A stretch of DNA of 64,000 nucleotides from Octopus vulgaris (taxonomy: Eukaryota). The notes under the pieces are model-generated. The model did no database searches. It was not told the DNA's origin and saw nothing but the letters and a program-made list of their open reading frames with translations. A program made the translations under genes and the position numbers. The stretch is taken from contig OX597838.1 of the NCBI GenBank assembly GCA_951406725.2, forward strand, positions 35,712,001 to 35,776,000, read 5' to 3'. Below are positions 13,157-25,676 of the stretch, piece after piece; position 1 is the stretch's first letter, and each line of letters opens with the position of its first letter.

Positions 13157-13560
13157 GTTGATCAACATCAATGGAAATTGCAGCTGTGATACCAGTGCCG
13201 GTGACAAGTAAGCGAACCATCCGATCGTGGCCGTTGCCAGCGCCGTGCCGGTGGCACGTAAAAAGCACCATCCGTTCGTGGCCGTTGCCAGCCTCGCCTG
13301 GTCCCCGTGCCGGTGGCACGTAAAAAGCCCCATTTGTCCATGGCCGTTTGCCAGCTCCATCTGGCACCTGTGCGGGTGGCACGTAAAAAGCACCCACTAC
13401 ACTCACGGAGTGGTTGGCGTTAGGAAGGGCATCCAGCTGTAGAAACACTGCCAGATCAGACTGGGCCTGATGCAGCCTTCTGGCTTCCCAGACCCCAGTT
13501 GAACCATCCAACCCATGCTAGCATGGAAAGCGAACGCTAAATGATGATGATGATGATGAT
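13157..13560 (+). mobile_element. Family E SINE-like element with internal tandem repeats and RTE-type tail
   Basis: Three imperfect repeats ending GTGGCACGTAAAAAGC, then GGTTGGCGTTAGGAAGGGCATCCAGCTGTAG and a (GAT)n tail; homologous to 4885-5064 and 62585-62733. Confidence 0.8.
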
Positions 13561-14519
13561 ATATGCATACATCTATAACCATGTTTATATACACATTGTA
13601 TATTGTATAATATTATATATAATATACACACATAAGTAAATACTTATAACTACATGTATGTGTAATGCTTTAAAACACACACGAATGTCTGTGTATGTGT
13701 ATTTGTGTTCCATCAGTAATATCCTGCCATCTGAAATGCTACTTACTTAGCAATTCAACAAATAGAAACTGATGAAATAAATCTCAAAGATGTACTTGAC
13801 AGGCAAGTGATTTGGTATGTAAACATATGTTGAGACTAAAACAATTGTAGCATGCTATACACAATACACATATTAGTCATTCAAAAGCGCACAAAGGCTG
13901 TTAAGATTACTTGAGGCTAAGTGAAGCAGTGGCATCACTGTGATCAACTAAAGCCTGTTGAAGATGGTGCCTCAACAGAGCTATCATCCTTTGTTTGGAA
14001 TCAATGAGAATCTATCAGAATACTTTGAGTTTTGCTAAAAACAACATTTCAATAAATAGATTTAATTGGTGATGTTATCCCAGGAGCTATTGTTTACTAA
14101 ATAGGGACTAAGAATTTTATTTTGTAATGGCCTTATTTTCTTTTTTATTTCATGTGCTTTAGTTATTAAGTCCCTTGAGATACACTGATTTGCCCTTCTT
14201 CTCTCACCATCAGAAATAATGTGAGCCATTGACGGGTCCTGTGGGAGCCTGTAAGCAATGGCATATTGTTTAGAAATTGCTATTTAAAAGGATCAAATAG
14301 AATATAGAATTGAAAAGTGAGTTAAACAAACTCTGAGGATCTGCATTGGTTAAATCTAATCTCTGAATCAAAGATCCTGTGTTGTTGTTGCTGAGTCTCC
14401 AAGCCTCGTCTGTTTCCAAGCAGGGTAGCATCTCCCCCACAGCCAGGCATGTATTTCAAGGTTGAACACACTTATGTATGAACATGCATCCTGATTCTAC
14501 CAAGCCACTATCCTCAATA

Positions 14520-14843
14520 AAATGAACTCAAGACGTTAAGCTGGGAGAAATGCCACAAAGCATTTTGTCTACTGTGTTAATTATTCTGCAAGCTCACAGA
14601 CTTGGTTTCAAATTTTGACACAAAGCTGTCAGTTCTCGGGGAGGGAGTTAGTCGATTACATTGCCCCAGCACTTGGCAGGTATTTTATTTTATTGACCCT
14701 CAAAAGATGAAAGGCTTAGTTGATCTTGGGAAGATTTGAACTTAGAATGTAAACAGCTGCAAGAAATGCCGCTAAACATTTTTCAGCCAATGCTCTAGTA
14801 ACTTTGCTAGCTCACTGTCTTCTTAATAATAATAATAATAATC

Positions 14844-14876
<33 letters not shown>

Positions 14877-15153
14877 GTTTCAAATTTTTGCCACAAGAGC
14901 AGCAATTTGGGTCAATGTAATTGACCCCTGTTTTCAGCGACCTCAAAACATTGAAAGGCAAAGTTGACTTTGGTAGGATTTGAACTCATAATGTAAACAA
15001 CTGGAAAGAATGCTGCTAAGCCTTTTTATCTGATGCTTTAAGGATTCTATTCACTCAGTCTTAATAATAATAATAATAGCAATAATAGTAATAATAATAA
15101 TAGTAATAATAATAATAATAATAGTAATAATAATAATAATAATAATAGTAATA

Positions 15154-15195
<42 letters not shown>

Positions 15196-15381
15196 GTTTC
15201 AAATTTTTGCCACAAGAGCAGCAATTTGGGTCAATGTAATTGACCCCTGTTTTCAGCGACCTCAAAACATTGAAAGGCAAAGTTGACTTTGGTAGGATTT
15301 GAACTCATAATGTAAACAACTGGAAAGAATGCTGCTAAGCCTTTTTATCTGATGCTTTAAGGATTCTATTCACTCAGTCTT
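14520..15381 (-). mobile_element. Cluster of old family C SINE copies separated by (TAA)n
   Basis: Reverse complements of the C core (GAAAGGCAAAGTTGAC...ATTTGAACTCA) repeated with (TAA)n spacers; about 14874-15062 and 15193-15381 read as identical. Confidence 0.8.
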
Positions 15382-15430
15382 AATAATAATAATAATAATA
15401 ATAATAATAGCAATAATAATAATAATAATA

Positions 15431-15472
<42 letters not shown>

Positions 15473-15475
15473 GTA

Positions 15476-15697
15476 TTTGAGCGGGATGGGTTACTCGATC
15501 TGAATAAAATTCTAACTGGGCTCCACCTGCAAGGTCATGTGCTGTTTATCTTGATATGAGATCACCATGTCGCGCACATATGGTTGTGATGCATGTGCCT
15601 GGTGTACCTTTATCAGACGGGTAGTCATGATGGGTATACTGGGCTTCGTATATTTTACCCCAGTGTCACTTTGATGGCATGCTCTGCTCGCTCACTC
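15476..15697 (+). mobile_element. Family D element, truncated, embedded in (TAA)n
   Basis: Reverse complement of the conserved end of 49228/50318/51889; ends CTCACTC(AAT)n. Strand inferred from the invariant end. Confidence 0.8.
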
Positions 15698-15728
<31 letters not shown>

Positions 15729-16074
15729 GTAATAATAATAATGCAGAAGTAGAAAAATTTGAAAGAGAACTTAGCTTTAATTTTCTCCAATGTATTTAAA
15801 ACTGATGAGAGATGTTGAAGAGAGTATATTTCACTTATTTTTTCAATTTTATTTCTGTTGATTTATTCCATTTTTTTTTCTTTTCTTTTATGGTTTTTTT
15901 TTCTTTGGTCTATTCCTTTATGAATATTCCTAAAAGTAAATCCCCCCCCCACCCTCTCACTACACCACCTCTACCACTGTTCCACTGTTCCTCCGCAAAG
16001 GAGACAGTCATACGTTCATTAATGAAACACACACAATGAAATTAGCGCTGCTGTGCTATATTAGTTTACCTGTG

Positions 16075-16361
16075 GATGCCTCATCACCATCATCATCACC
16101 ATCACCACCGTTCTCTTCATCATCATCATAGTCGTCATTAGCATCATTACCATCATCATTATCCTGATCAGCATCAATTTTGTGATGTTCATGATGATGA
16201 TGATAGCGATGATTGCCATGTTTGCTATCACCACCACAACAATCATCATCGTCATCTGTAGCAGCAGCATTCTTCTTTTTCTTCTTCTTCTTTTCCTTCT
16301 TCTTCTTCTTTTCCTTCTTCTTCTTCTTCTTCTTCTTCTTTTCCTTCTTCTTCTCCTTCTT

Positions 16362-16392
<31 letters not shown>

Positions 16393-16650
16393 TCATCATC
16401 ATCATCATCATCATCACCACCACCACCACCACCAGTGCTGCCATCATTACCACCACAAGCACCACCATCAGCACTACCATCATCACCACCATTATTGCAA
16501 TCATCATCAGCATTGTCAGCCTCCTCTCTCATCATCATCATCATCATCAACAGCTGCAACACCAGCCCCATTACCAAAACCACCATCCTACCACTGCTAC
16601 TACTATCACTAATTTTATTATCATCATCGTTTTCGTCATCACCATTATCA
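16075..16650. repeat. (CAT)/(CTT)/(CAC) compound triplet repeat
   Basis: Direct reading. Confidence 0.9.
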
Positions 16651-16996
16651 TCAACTCATTTTGACTTTCAGTACAGTATCAGCATTATTTTAAATTGGAT
16701 TTCCTAAAGTTGAAAAATAAATCTATATATTTTTATATAATACATTCATACATATATATTAATACACCTGTTTGTTGTTTATACACCTGTCTTCATCTTT
16801 TGGTTTTTTTTTGGCAAATTCCAACAATATATATGTATATATATATATATATATATATGCATATAATAAATCTCTGGACTACAGTAGCATCCACCCTTAA
16901 GCGTGAGCCACATTTAAGTTGTAAATAGACTTCACGTTATATATATATAGATTCTTTTACTTGTTTTAGTCATTTGACTGTGACCACATATATGTA

Positions 16997-17033
<37 letters not shown>

Positions 17034-17039
<6 letters not shown>

Positions 17040-17344
17040 CAATAGGTGAATGAATTATCCTATGTTTATCGTCAGCATGGGAAATTCGTTGAACCGATAC
17101 CAGGGTAGCAAATTCACGTCAGAAACACGGTTGAAGCGACCTGTCCAAGGGTAGAAACTCCGGGTTCCTTTGCAGAAATTTGTGTGTAATATATGAATAA
17201 ATGAAAGAATGGAGTCGAACGAAGATATTAACAAAATTCCTTTACTCTCGACACATGTTTGAAAATATGCTGTCTTCGAAACATGTGTCGAGAGTAAAGG
17301 AATTTTGTTAACATCTTTGTTCGACTCCATTCTTTCATTTATTC

Positions 17345-17350
<6 letters not shown>
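17034..17350. mobile_element. Fold-back element in (TA)n, probably Penelope-like-element derived
   Basis: About 72-bp inverted arms at 17189-17260 and 17279-17350; HHR-like CTGACGA...ATAGG/CCTAT...GAAA on the minus strand at 17037-17080. Confidence 0.55.
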
Positions 17351-17389
<39 letters not shown>

Positions 17390-17390
<1 letters not shown>

Positions 17391-17620
17391 TATATAAAAT
17401 CTGTTCTGTCTGTCTGTGTGTGTGTCTTTTAGGATCTTAAGCATCCTCCATCCGATTGTGCTCAAATTTGATATGTAGATACTGACGGTATCAGGACATG
17501 TATCAGTCTTGAAAAAATTACAAAATTGATTCCAGGTGTGAATGCGATTGATAAAGCCATGGGAACGTGCATTTGTAAAATTGTTTTTCTTGGAATAGAA
17601 AAAAAAGTCAATCTTTATTT
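17390..17620 (+). mobile_element. Possible 5' part of a non-autonomous Helitron/Helentron-type element
   Basis: Starts CTATATAAAA, then (CTGT)n(GT)n and CCGATTGTGCTCAAATTTGATATGTAGAT, an arrangement typical of HINE/DINE-1-like elements; no 3' hairpin-CTAG found. Confidence 0.4.
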
Positions 17621-17794
17621 CTTCTTTTGCTGGTGTCTCAAATTTAGGTTAAATCAGTGTTTCTCAAAGGGGAGGCCTTTGGGACGGTCGGACAAGTTGT
17701 TTTGTGAAAATTTGGTTTAAATGTTTGACAACTCAGCACCGTCCATTGGTCAGGGAGCATTTTGCTCGTATATATATATATATATATATATATC

Positions 17795-18195
17795 GCCACG
17801 ACAACATCGTTTTCTTCATTTGCCGCAAAGGCATTTTTTTCCAAATACGCCAGCTAAGCTAAGTTGAACTGTCTAAAGTCGTAAGACACCCGCTGTTTTT
17901 GTCCTGTTATTACTATTATTGTTTTTTGTATTCATATTTGTGTGGCATCGTCCATTTTTCTGTCCTTGTTTCGTATACATTCGATCTTTTTTCCAAGAAA
18001 TCTAATGCTCGTAGCTTAATTTTTCCTTGGGGCTGGCCGGATTGGAGCGATCTCAAGATTAATCAGCCGAAATTGTGAGGATGATCTGGTTCTTGACTGA
18101 AGATTAGAGGCTTCAAATGACCCGTCCGTTTTTTGTGTCGTCTCTTTGAGTGTTTTGCGTTCTTGTCCCATTTTGTATTTTTATATCTATTTTTC
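17795..18195 (+). mobile_element. Family G element beside (TA)n (possible PLE pseudo-LTR remnant)
   Basis: 18020-18145 is homologous to the reverse complement of about 44293-44420 (GGCTGGC..GATT...CAGCCGAAAT...GACTGAAGA...AATGACCCGT). Confidence 0.5.
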
Positions 18196-18221
18196 ATACA
18201 TATCTCTTTCTCTTTTCTCTT

Positions 18222-18424
18222 TCTCTTTTACTTGTTTCAGTCATTTGACTGCGGCCATGCTGGAGCACCGCCTTTAGTCGAGCAAATCGACCCCAGGACT
18301 TATTCTTTGTAAGCCCAGTACTTATTCTATCGGTCTCTTTTTGCTGAACCGCTAAGTGATGGTGATGTAAACACACCAGCATCGGTTGTCAAGCAATGCT
18401 AGGGGGACAAACACAGACATACAA

Positions 18425-18484
<60 letters not shown>

Positions 18485-18647
18485 GACAGGCTTCTTTCAG
18501 TTTCCGTCTACCAAATCCACTCACAAGGCATTGGTCGGCCCGGGGCTATAGCAGAAGGCACTTGCCCAAGATGCCATGCAGTGGGACTGAACCCCGAACC
18601 ATGAGGTTGGTTAGCAAGCTACTTACCACACAGCCACTCCTGCGCCT
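18222..18647 (-). mobile_element. SINE family A, full length
   Basis: Reverse complement of family A. Confidence 0.92.
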
Positions 18648-19074
18648 ATGTATATGTATACATATACATGCCTTTTCTCTACCTCAACCCTTAAACTGAT
18701 TGTCACTAACCTTATGTTGATGGGCAACTTATCAGGGAACCAAAGGCAGGCCACAGGAAGAACCCTGCCCTCGATCTTTTGCTTTGTGAACCTTGTCTGA
18801 ATATTTCTTTTCATCTTTCTGTCATATGAAAGATCAGAGATGGAAAAAAAAAAAATTAAGATGGGATGGAATGAGTTATGAGCTTTGAATAAATACAATC
18901 TGCTGTGTCTGTGCTGAGTGGTACTTCTTCTCTGTGAGTGTGTGTGTATGCTTGTGTATATTTATATTCACATATACATATATGTTTGTTTATATATGCA
19001 TACGCCCATATAGTTTCATTTTATGGCTGGTTGTGCTTTGTATATTTATATGTTTCAATACAGCTCTTAAATCA

Positions 19075-19077
19075 ACC

Positions 19078-19135
<58 letters not shown>

Positions 19136-19150
19136 CACATACACAAATAT

Positions 19151-19185
<35 letters not shown>

Positions 19186-19304
19186 CATACACATACAGAA
19201 ATATGTATGTGTGTATATATATATATATATATATTTATATACATACACGTACACAAATATGTATGTATATATATATATATATATATATATACATACACAA
19301 ATAT

Positions 19305-19345
<41 letters not shown>

Positions 19346-19857
19346 CACATGCACAAATATGTATGTGTATATATATATATTTATTTATATATACATACAC
19401 AAATATGTATGTGTGTATATATATATACATACACATACACAAATATGTATGTGTATATATATATATTTATTTATATATACATACACAAATATGTATGTGT
19501 GTATATATATACACATACACAAATATGTATGTTGATATATGCTTACGTGTGCATACGCATATGTGTGTGTTTTTTGCGCGCATGTACGTGTGTATGTATA
19601 TTTGTGTATATATGGGTTTGTTTATATATAGATATATGAAAATACTTATATATCATTTATATTGAAAATACATACATGTATCCACACACACACACACGCA
19701 TATATGTATACATGTATGTATACATGTGTACATATATGCGTGTGTGTGTGGATATATACACACACACACATATATGTACGTAGACTTACATACATATATG
19801 CCTGCACACATTCACACACATATATATATACACACGCACACATATATGTACATAGAC

Positions 19858-19908
<51 letters not shown>

Positions 19909-19910
19909 CA
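19075..19910. repeat. (TA)/(CA) compound microsatellite with repeating CACAAATATGTATGTG unit
   Basis: Direct reading; the unit recurs many times between 19140 and 19530. Confidence 0.9.
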
Positions 19911-20625
19911 GAAATGCTATTATCCCACTTTGTAAGCAGTTTTTGACACTGACCAAAGAACACCATTGAAAATATCCAGACTTTTGAGACAAGTACATAA
20001 TTAATAGCAGAATAACAGAACACTAACACAACAACAACAACAACAACAAAATCATCAACAACATCAACAACAACAACAACAACTACACTACACACAACAA
20101 CAACATGAGCCAACGCCACCAACCTGTAGGCTGGCTTCATACAACAATAAACATTACAGAATGCTGCGTTTCTTAAAAGTGAATGCTTTTGCTCCTCCGC
20201 CTGACCCAGCTTTCCTAATTTGCCAAACATACCAGCATCATATGATGACGACGACGACGATGATGATGATGGTAATGATGACGAAAAGCATCATCACCAT
20301 CACTTTCGTTGTTGTCGTCGTGGTGATTGTTGTCGTTTCGTCGTTGTGGTTGTCATGTTTGCCATTGTCATTGTCGCAAGGCAGACCACAATCATAATAT
20401 CAGATCATAACCATCCATTGTCATCAGCGGGTCATTATATACAAAACGGTAAAAGCAAATTACTGTACCAATAAATAAATAAATAAATAAATGCCTAAAT
20501 ATATAAATATATGGTGTCTGTCTGTGTGTACCTGTGTAAATCTGTGTGCGTATATATATACAGCCATACACAAACACAATGACAGACAACAAATATATGT
20601 CTGTAAATTGTATGTGTATACATGC

Positions 20626-20657
<32 letters not shown>

Positions 20658-20896
20658 GCACACACAAACGCATGCATATGTATATATATATTTATGTAAA
20701 TATGTATACTTATGTCTATGTGCGTGTAGGTGTAATATATATATAAATTGAGAGAGAGAGAGAGGTGGGTTTGAAAAAAGAGTCGGATAGCCATTACCTG
20801 ATTAACGAGTGTTCAGAATCGTTTCCTTTTGTTCTTTTCAGATCCATGAGAAATTTTTTGATATCGACAAATTATATTTTTTTGAGTAACTTCTGT

Positions 20897-20927
<31 letters not shown>

Positions 20928-21789
20928 TGTATGTACACACACATATAGAGAGAGTGATAGAGAGAGAAGAAAGATAGATAGATATAGATACATATATATA
21001 CATACATATATATTTCATAAACACAGATATATATATATATATATTATATATATATGTATATATTATATATATATGTATGTATGTATGTGTGTATATATAC
21101 ACAATATATATAAATATAAACTATTCATAATGGATATATTTCTACTATATGTATAAGATTTTATATATATATATGTATGTATTATATATATAAACTTTGA
21201 TTCTGCTGTGTCCTTCATTAAGAGAAGGAAAAATCCCTGAATTCTCCTTCATTAGAGGGAGAGTAGTAAGCCAAAACAAAACCGTGCATCACCAACGAAA
21301 AAAGAGGAGAGGAAAATATCAAAAGGAGTAAAAATTTGTTGTGAAGAAATAAACTGGTTCAGATTTTATGTGGAAACATAAAAACGAGAATGCACACACA
21401 CACATTCATATATATGTAATGCACACACACATACACACACACACAGAGGGTCAAACATGCGCTTTAATGAAACAGACAAGGAAAGTATTATACACAAATA
21501 AAATAAGAGAACATTTCAGTAATATACACCCACTAATTATGTTTGGATATATAATAGTATGTTTACACCATTGTTTTTTGTTAATAATATTGATTAGATA
21601 ATTGATAATTTCTTGATTGATTGTGATTCTTGTTGTTTTTATTTAGCCCTGGGTCAGACCTCATCAACCACACACATGATTAAAGGTGTTTTATTCACGA
21701 TTATATCGTCTTATTGTATTTTGCTTTTTTCCAGATGTTATGTATTGGTCTATCTTGGACTACATCATCCAATGTGTCTCTTTCTTTAA

Positions 21790-22150
21790 GGTAGTCATGT
21801 GGTTAAGAAGCTTGCTTTGAAGCCACGTGCACTTTTAGGTTCGACCCCATTGTGTGGCACCTTGGACAAGTGTTTTCTTCCATAGCTTCAGGTCAACCAA
21901 TGCCTTGTGAGTGAATCTTACAGCTGGAAACTGTGTGGAAGCCTTTCATATATGTGTGTATGTATATGTGTTGGTGTTTGTCTTTCCATTCCACTGCTTA
22001 ATAACTGGTGTTGGTTTGTTTACAACCCTGTAAGTTATTGTTCCAGCAACAGGAACTGAGAGAATATGTACACCATTGAAAAAAAAAGTATGAAGGCAGG
22101 GGTCATTCTCTATTTGTCTAGAACCCTTCAATGCGATGCTCTAGCATGTC
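21790..22150 (+). mobile_element. Old diverged SINE family A copy
   Basis: GTGGTTAAGAAGCTTGC...GGTTCGACCCC...GGCACCTTGGACAAGTG, with a degraded tail. Confidence 0.7.
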
Positions 22151-22174
22151 AACGCCTCCACGAGACTCCACATC

Positions 22175-22288
22175 CATGATCATGCTTCACCACCTCATCC
22201 CTTGTCTTCCTGGGTTTACCTCATCTACAAGTTCCCTCCACAGTTAAAGATGGACACTTCTTTACCCAGCTGTCCTTGTCCATATGCA
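22175..22288 (-). mobile_element. RTE-clade LINE ORF C-terminal fragment
   Basis: Minus-strand translation MDKDSWVKKCPSLTVEGTCR*GKPRKTRDEVVKHD resembles the RTE C-terminal motif V.G.R.RGRP.K.W. Confidence 0.7.
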
Positions 22289-22380
22289 TATATAAAGGGA
22301 AAGTTTACGAAAATAAACAAAAGATGAAGGCAGGTGGAGTACAAATAAATGTATTAGTATAGTGCTCAGAAATAGAAAAA

Positions 22381-22424
22381 GTATTTTACGTTTCGAGCTT
22401 ATGCTCTTCGACAGAAAGATACAC
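22381..22424 (-). ncRNA. Minimal hammerhead-like motif, variant core
   Basis: Minus strand TCTTT-CTGTCGA-A-GAGC-ATAA-GCTC-GAAAC-GTA-AAAT; palindromic ACGT replaces stem III. Confidence 0.55.
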
Positions 22425-22767
22425 AGAAAAAAAAACAAGGAGAGATATATATCTTTGGGCAGCCATCACAGTATGGTTAAGAATCTTGCTTTGCAACTCT
22501 GTAGTTTTGGGTTCAATTCTACTGAATGGTACTTTGGGCAAGTGTCTTCTACTACATTTCTGGGTCGATCAATGCTTTGTAACTGTATTTGGTAGGTGAA
22601 AATAGCATGGAGGCCTATCATATATATATATATATATATATACATACGTATGTGTGCGTTTGTATATACCCACTTATATACTTTCAAACATATAAGGGAT
22701 GGCTATAAGAGGACATCCGACTCACTAGAAAGAGCAGTTAAACTCCAAACCACTAATGATTTTGATT

Positions 22768-22950
22768 TTGATTTTTCCAGTTTCAGCTAAAGAGCTGTGG
22801 CCATGCTGGGGCACCGCCATTTGGTTTGCTACACAGGTTTACCTCACGGATGCTTTTTAGCAAACGCCATCTGATGCATGAGAGAGTTCGATGCAGCTGC
22901 CCTCATCTGCACCTCCTGCCGTGAAGTTGGTTCATCCGGGACTGACACCT
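22768..22950 (-). mobile_element. Retroposon fragment sharing the family A-type 3' tail
   Basis: Reverse complement ends ATGGCGGTGCCCCAGCATGGCCACAGCTCTTTAGCTGAAAC; the same tail variant occurs at 23817-23870 (+). Confidence 0.6.
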
Positions 22951-23001
22951 GATAGTTGTAATTCTGAAATGGAAAGAGAAATAAAAACGTTTACCCTCTC
23001 G

Positions 23002-23089
23002 TTTCTGGACTATGCATAGTTTCGGCAATCTTTTGTAATTAAATTAAATTAAACTTATTTAACATTGGCGTTGCACTCATCAGCAGAAA
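23002..23089 (-). ncRNA. Type I hammerhead ribozyme, intact core
   Basis: Minus strand TTTCTG-CTGATGA-GTGCAA..(AT-rich loop)..TTGCC-GAAA-CTATGCATAG-TC-CAGAAA: perfect 6-bp stem I, canonical CUGAUGA and GAAA boxes, palindromic stem III, GUC cleavage triplet. Confidence 0.85.
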
Positions 23090-23369
23090 AGCCAAGGACT
23101 ACCATATATTCACGAGGCGATAACTAGCATGCCTCGAGTCTATATGCTATAAATTTTCAAAATCCACCGCATTCGCGCGTTTTTCTCAGCAGTAAATATA
23201 AACTGCCAATTTAATTTCAAAATTAGCCAAAAAATCATTAATTAATTAATAAATTTTAGGGTAGCAAAAAATTCTAGAAAAATTCCCTGCTACCAGCGGT
23301 CAAGTGAGAAAGAAAAAATAGTCAATAGACTATATAATATACACTTATAATACCCACATATATATATTC

Positions 23370-23772
23370 ATTTTTTATTCTTTTATTTGTTTCCGTAATA
23401 TGACTGCATTCATGCCGGAACACTGCCTTTAGTTGAACAAATTGATCCCAGGAGTTATTCTTTGTAAGCCCAGTACTTATTCTATCTGTCTCTTTTGCTG
23501 AACTGCTAAGTTATGGGGACACAAACACACCAACATCAGTTGTTAAGCGATGGTTTTGGTGACAAACACAGACACAAATACATAGATACACACACACACA
23601 CATACACACACATATGATGGGCTTCTTTCAGTTTCTGCCTGCCAAATCCACTCACAAGGGTTTGGTCAGCTCGAGGCTCTAGAAGAAGACACTTGCCCAA
23701 GGTACCATGCAGTGAGATTGAACCTAGAAGCATGTAGTTGGGAAGCAAGCTTCTTACCACACAGCCACTCCT
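23370..23772 (-). mobile_element. SINE family A, diverged
   Basis: Reverse complement colinear with family A. Confidence 0.85.
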
Positions 23773-25633
23773 AATATATATATACATGCATATATATATA
23801 TATATATATATATATAATGGCGGTGCCCCAGCATGGCCACAGCTCGTGAGCTGAAACTAGATAAAATAAAATATATGTGTGTGTGTGTGTGTGTGTGTTT
23901 CTTTGTGTATGTCTGCCACTATTGCTTGATGACTGGTGTTAGTTTGTTTATGCCCCTGTTGTAGTTGGGCAAAAGAGATTGATCAGATAAGTACCAGACT
24001 TTAAAAATAATTACTAGGCTAGATTTGTTTCACTAAACTTTTGAAGGTGGTGCTCCAGCATGGCTGCAAGCCTATGACTGAAACAAGTAAAGAACAAAAG
24101 ATACTTAAGCATGTATGTACACTCACCTATATATATACATGCATATTACATGTGTTATATATGCCCACAAAAATATTTTTTTATGTGTACGTATGTGCAT
24201 GCCATACGCACAAGCATGCTAACATTCATGCACACACATGTATGTGCATATCTGTCGCACATAATTTTATGCTTGTTTATTTATATAGCATTGCACATTG
24301 TATTATGCAATTGTGCACTGAATTGTAATCTAGTTCATCTCAATGTTTCTCTCTTCACTGCCCATGTGGCAATAATATTTAAATAAATAAATACAATAAT
24401 GCTACTAATAACAATAGTAACAACAATAATAACAATGACGACGACGACAATGATAATTATGATGATGGTGATGATAATATTTATGATGATGATGATGATA
24501 GTAATAATAATGATGATGATGATGATGATGATAGCAATAACAATAATAATAATCATTTTTATTAGCATAAAAAAGATTAAAGAAGCAAAAATACCATAAG
24601 CACAAAAGATATTGATAATTAAAAAAAAATTAAAACAAAAGCTAGGAGAATAAAAGAATATTTAAAAAGTATAAAGGAAGGAATATAAATATGCTTTTGT
24701 TTTGTTCTATATTTTTTTATACATTAATTTTGTTTTTGCATTTTTGTATCGTTTTATTCTTTGGAGTATTTTTGAAAAAGCTGGATTTGATTAGATTGTT
24801 CATAATACCATATAACAGCTTTGATTAATTATGCCACTTCAACATGGCAGCAGCAGCAGCAGTAGTAGTAGAAGTAGTAGTAGTAGTAATAGTAGCAGTA
24901 GTAGTAGTAGTAGTCATTGTAGTAACTAAGTTAATGGTTCTATATTTTGCTAGTATCATTACTCTCCACCTACTTTCACTCTTTGCTAAATTACCCATCA
25001 CTTCTCTGCACACTCACGTTGTTGCAATTTGCAGTGATACATTTTCTAGATCTGAAATAACATTCCCCCCTCCCCCCCTCCCCCCCATCCGCATCCCTCT
25101 TCCCCCATCTTCTCCAAAACCAAGCTGCTCCAACACCCACCCTGCTTTGGTTAGTCCTATGAAATAAAAAATCTTTTGTTTTGAAATGTTCATATTTATA
25201 AAAAAATTTTTTTTTCATTTTTTGCCAACCCCCCCCCCCCATTCCATCATACTTTTTTTGGTACAACAACTTTTGTTATGTTATAATATTAAGGTATAAA
25301 ACTGATGGATAAGCTAAGAGAGTAACAGAATTATTGTACACCTGATTAGCAAAATAATCAGCTGAGATGAATTTCAGGTTTAGTGCTTTGATGGGATACG
25401 ATGGGTGTTCTCTTCTCAGAGAGCCAGTTACGGAAGAAGTTCTGAGTGAAGAGTTAACCACTACACAGAGCATTCATTGGATCTGGAGACGTTTTTAATA
25501 TGCTGCCATACTCTGTTGTCTGGTTGTTGCTAAGTAAAGTTGGTACAAATGAATGACTTGTGAGTACCTTGTCGACTGTGTGAAAACAAAAGACGAAGGC
25601 ATTAGTATAGCGCTCAGCAATAGAAATAGAAAA

Positions 25634-25676
25634 AGTCTTTTACATTTCGAGCCTACGCTCTTCGACAGAAAGATAC
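25634..25676 (-). ncRNA. Minimal hammerhead-like motif, variant core
   Basis: Minus strand TCTTT-CTGTCGA-A-GAGC-GTAG-GCTC-GAAAT-GTA-AAAGA; 5-bp stem I TCTTT/AAAGA. Confidence 0.55.
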
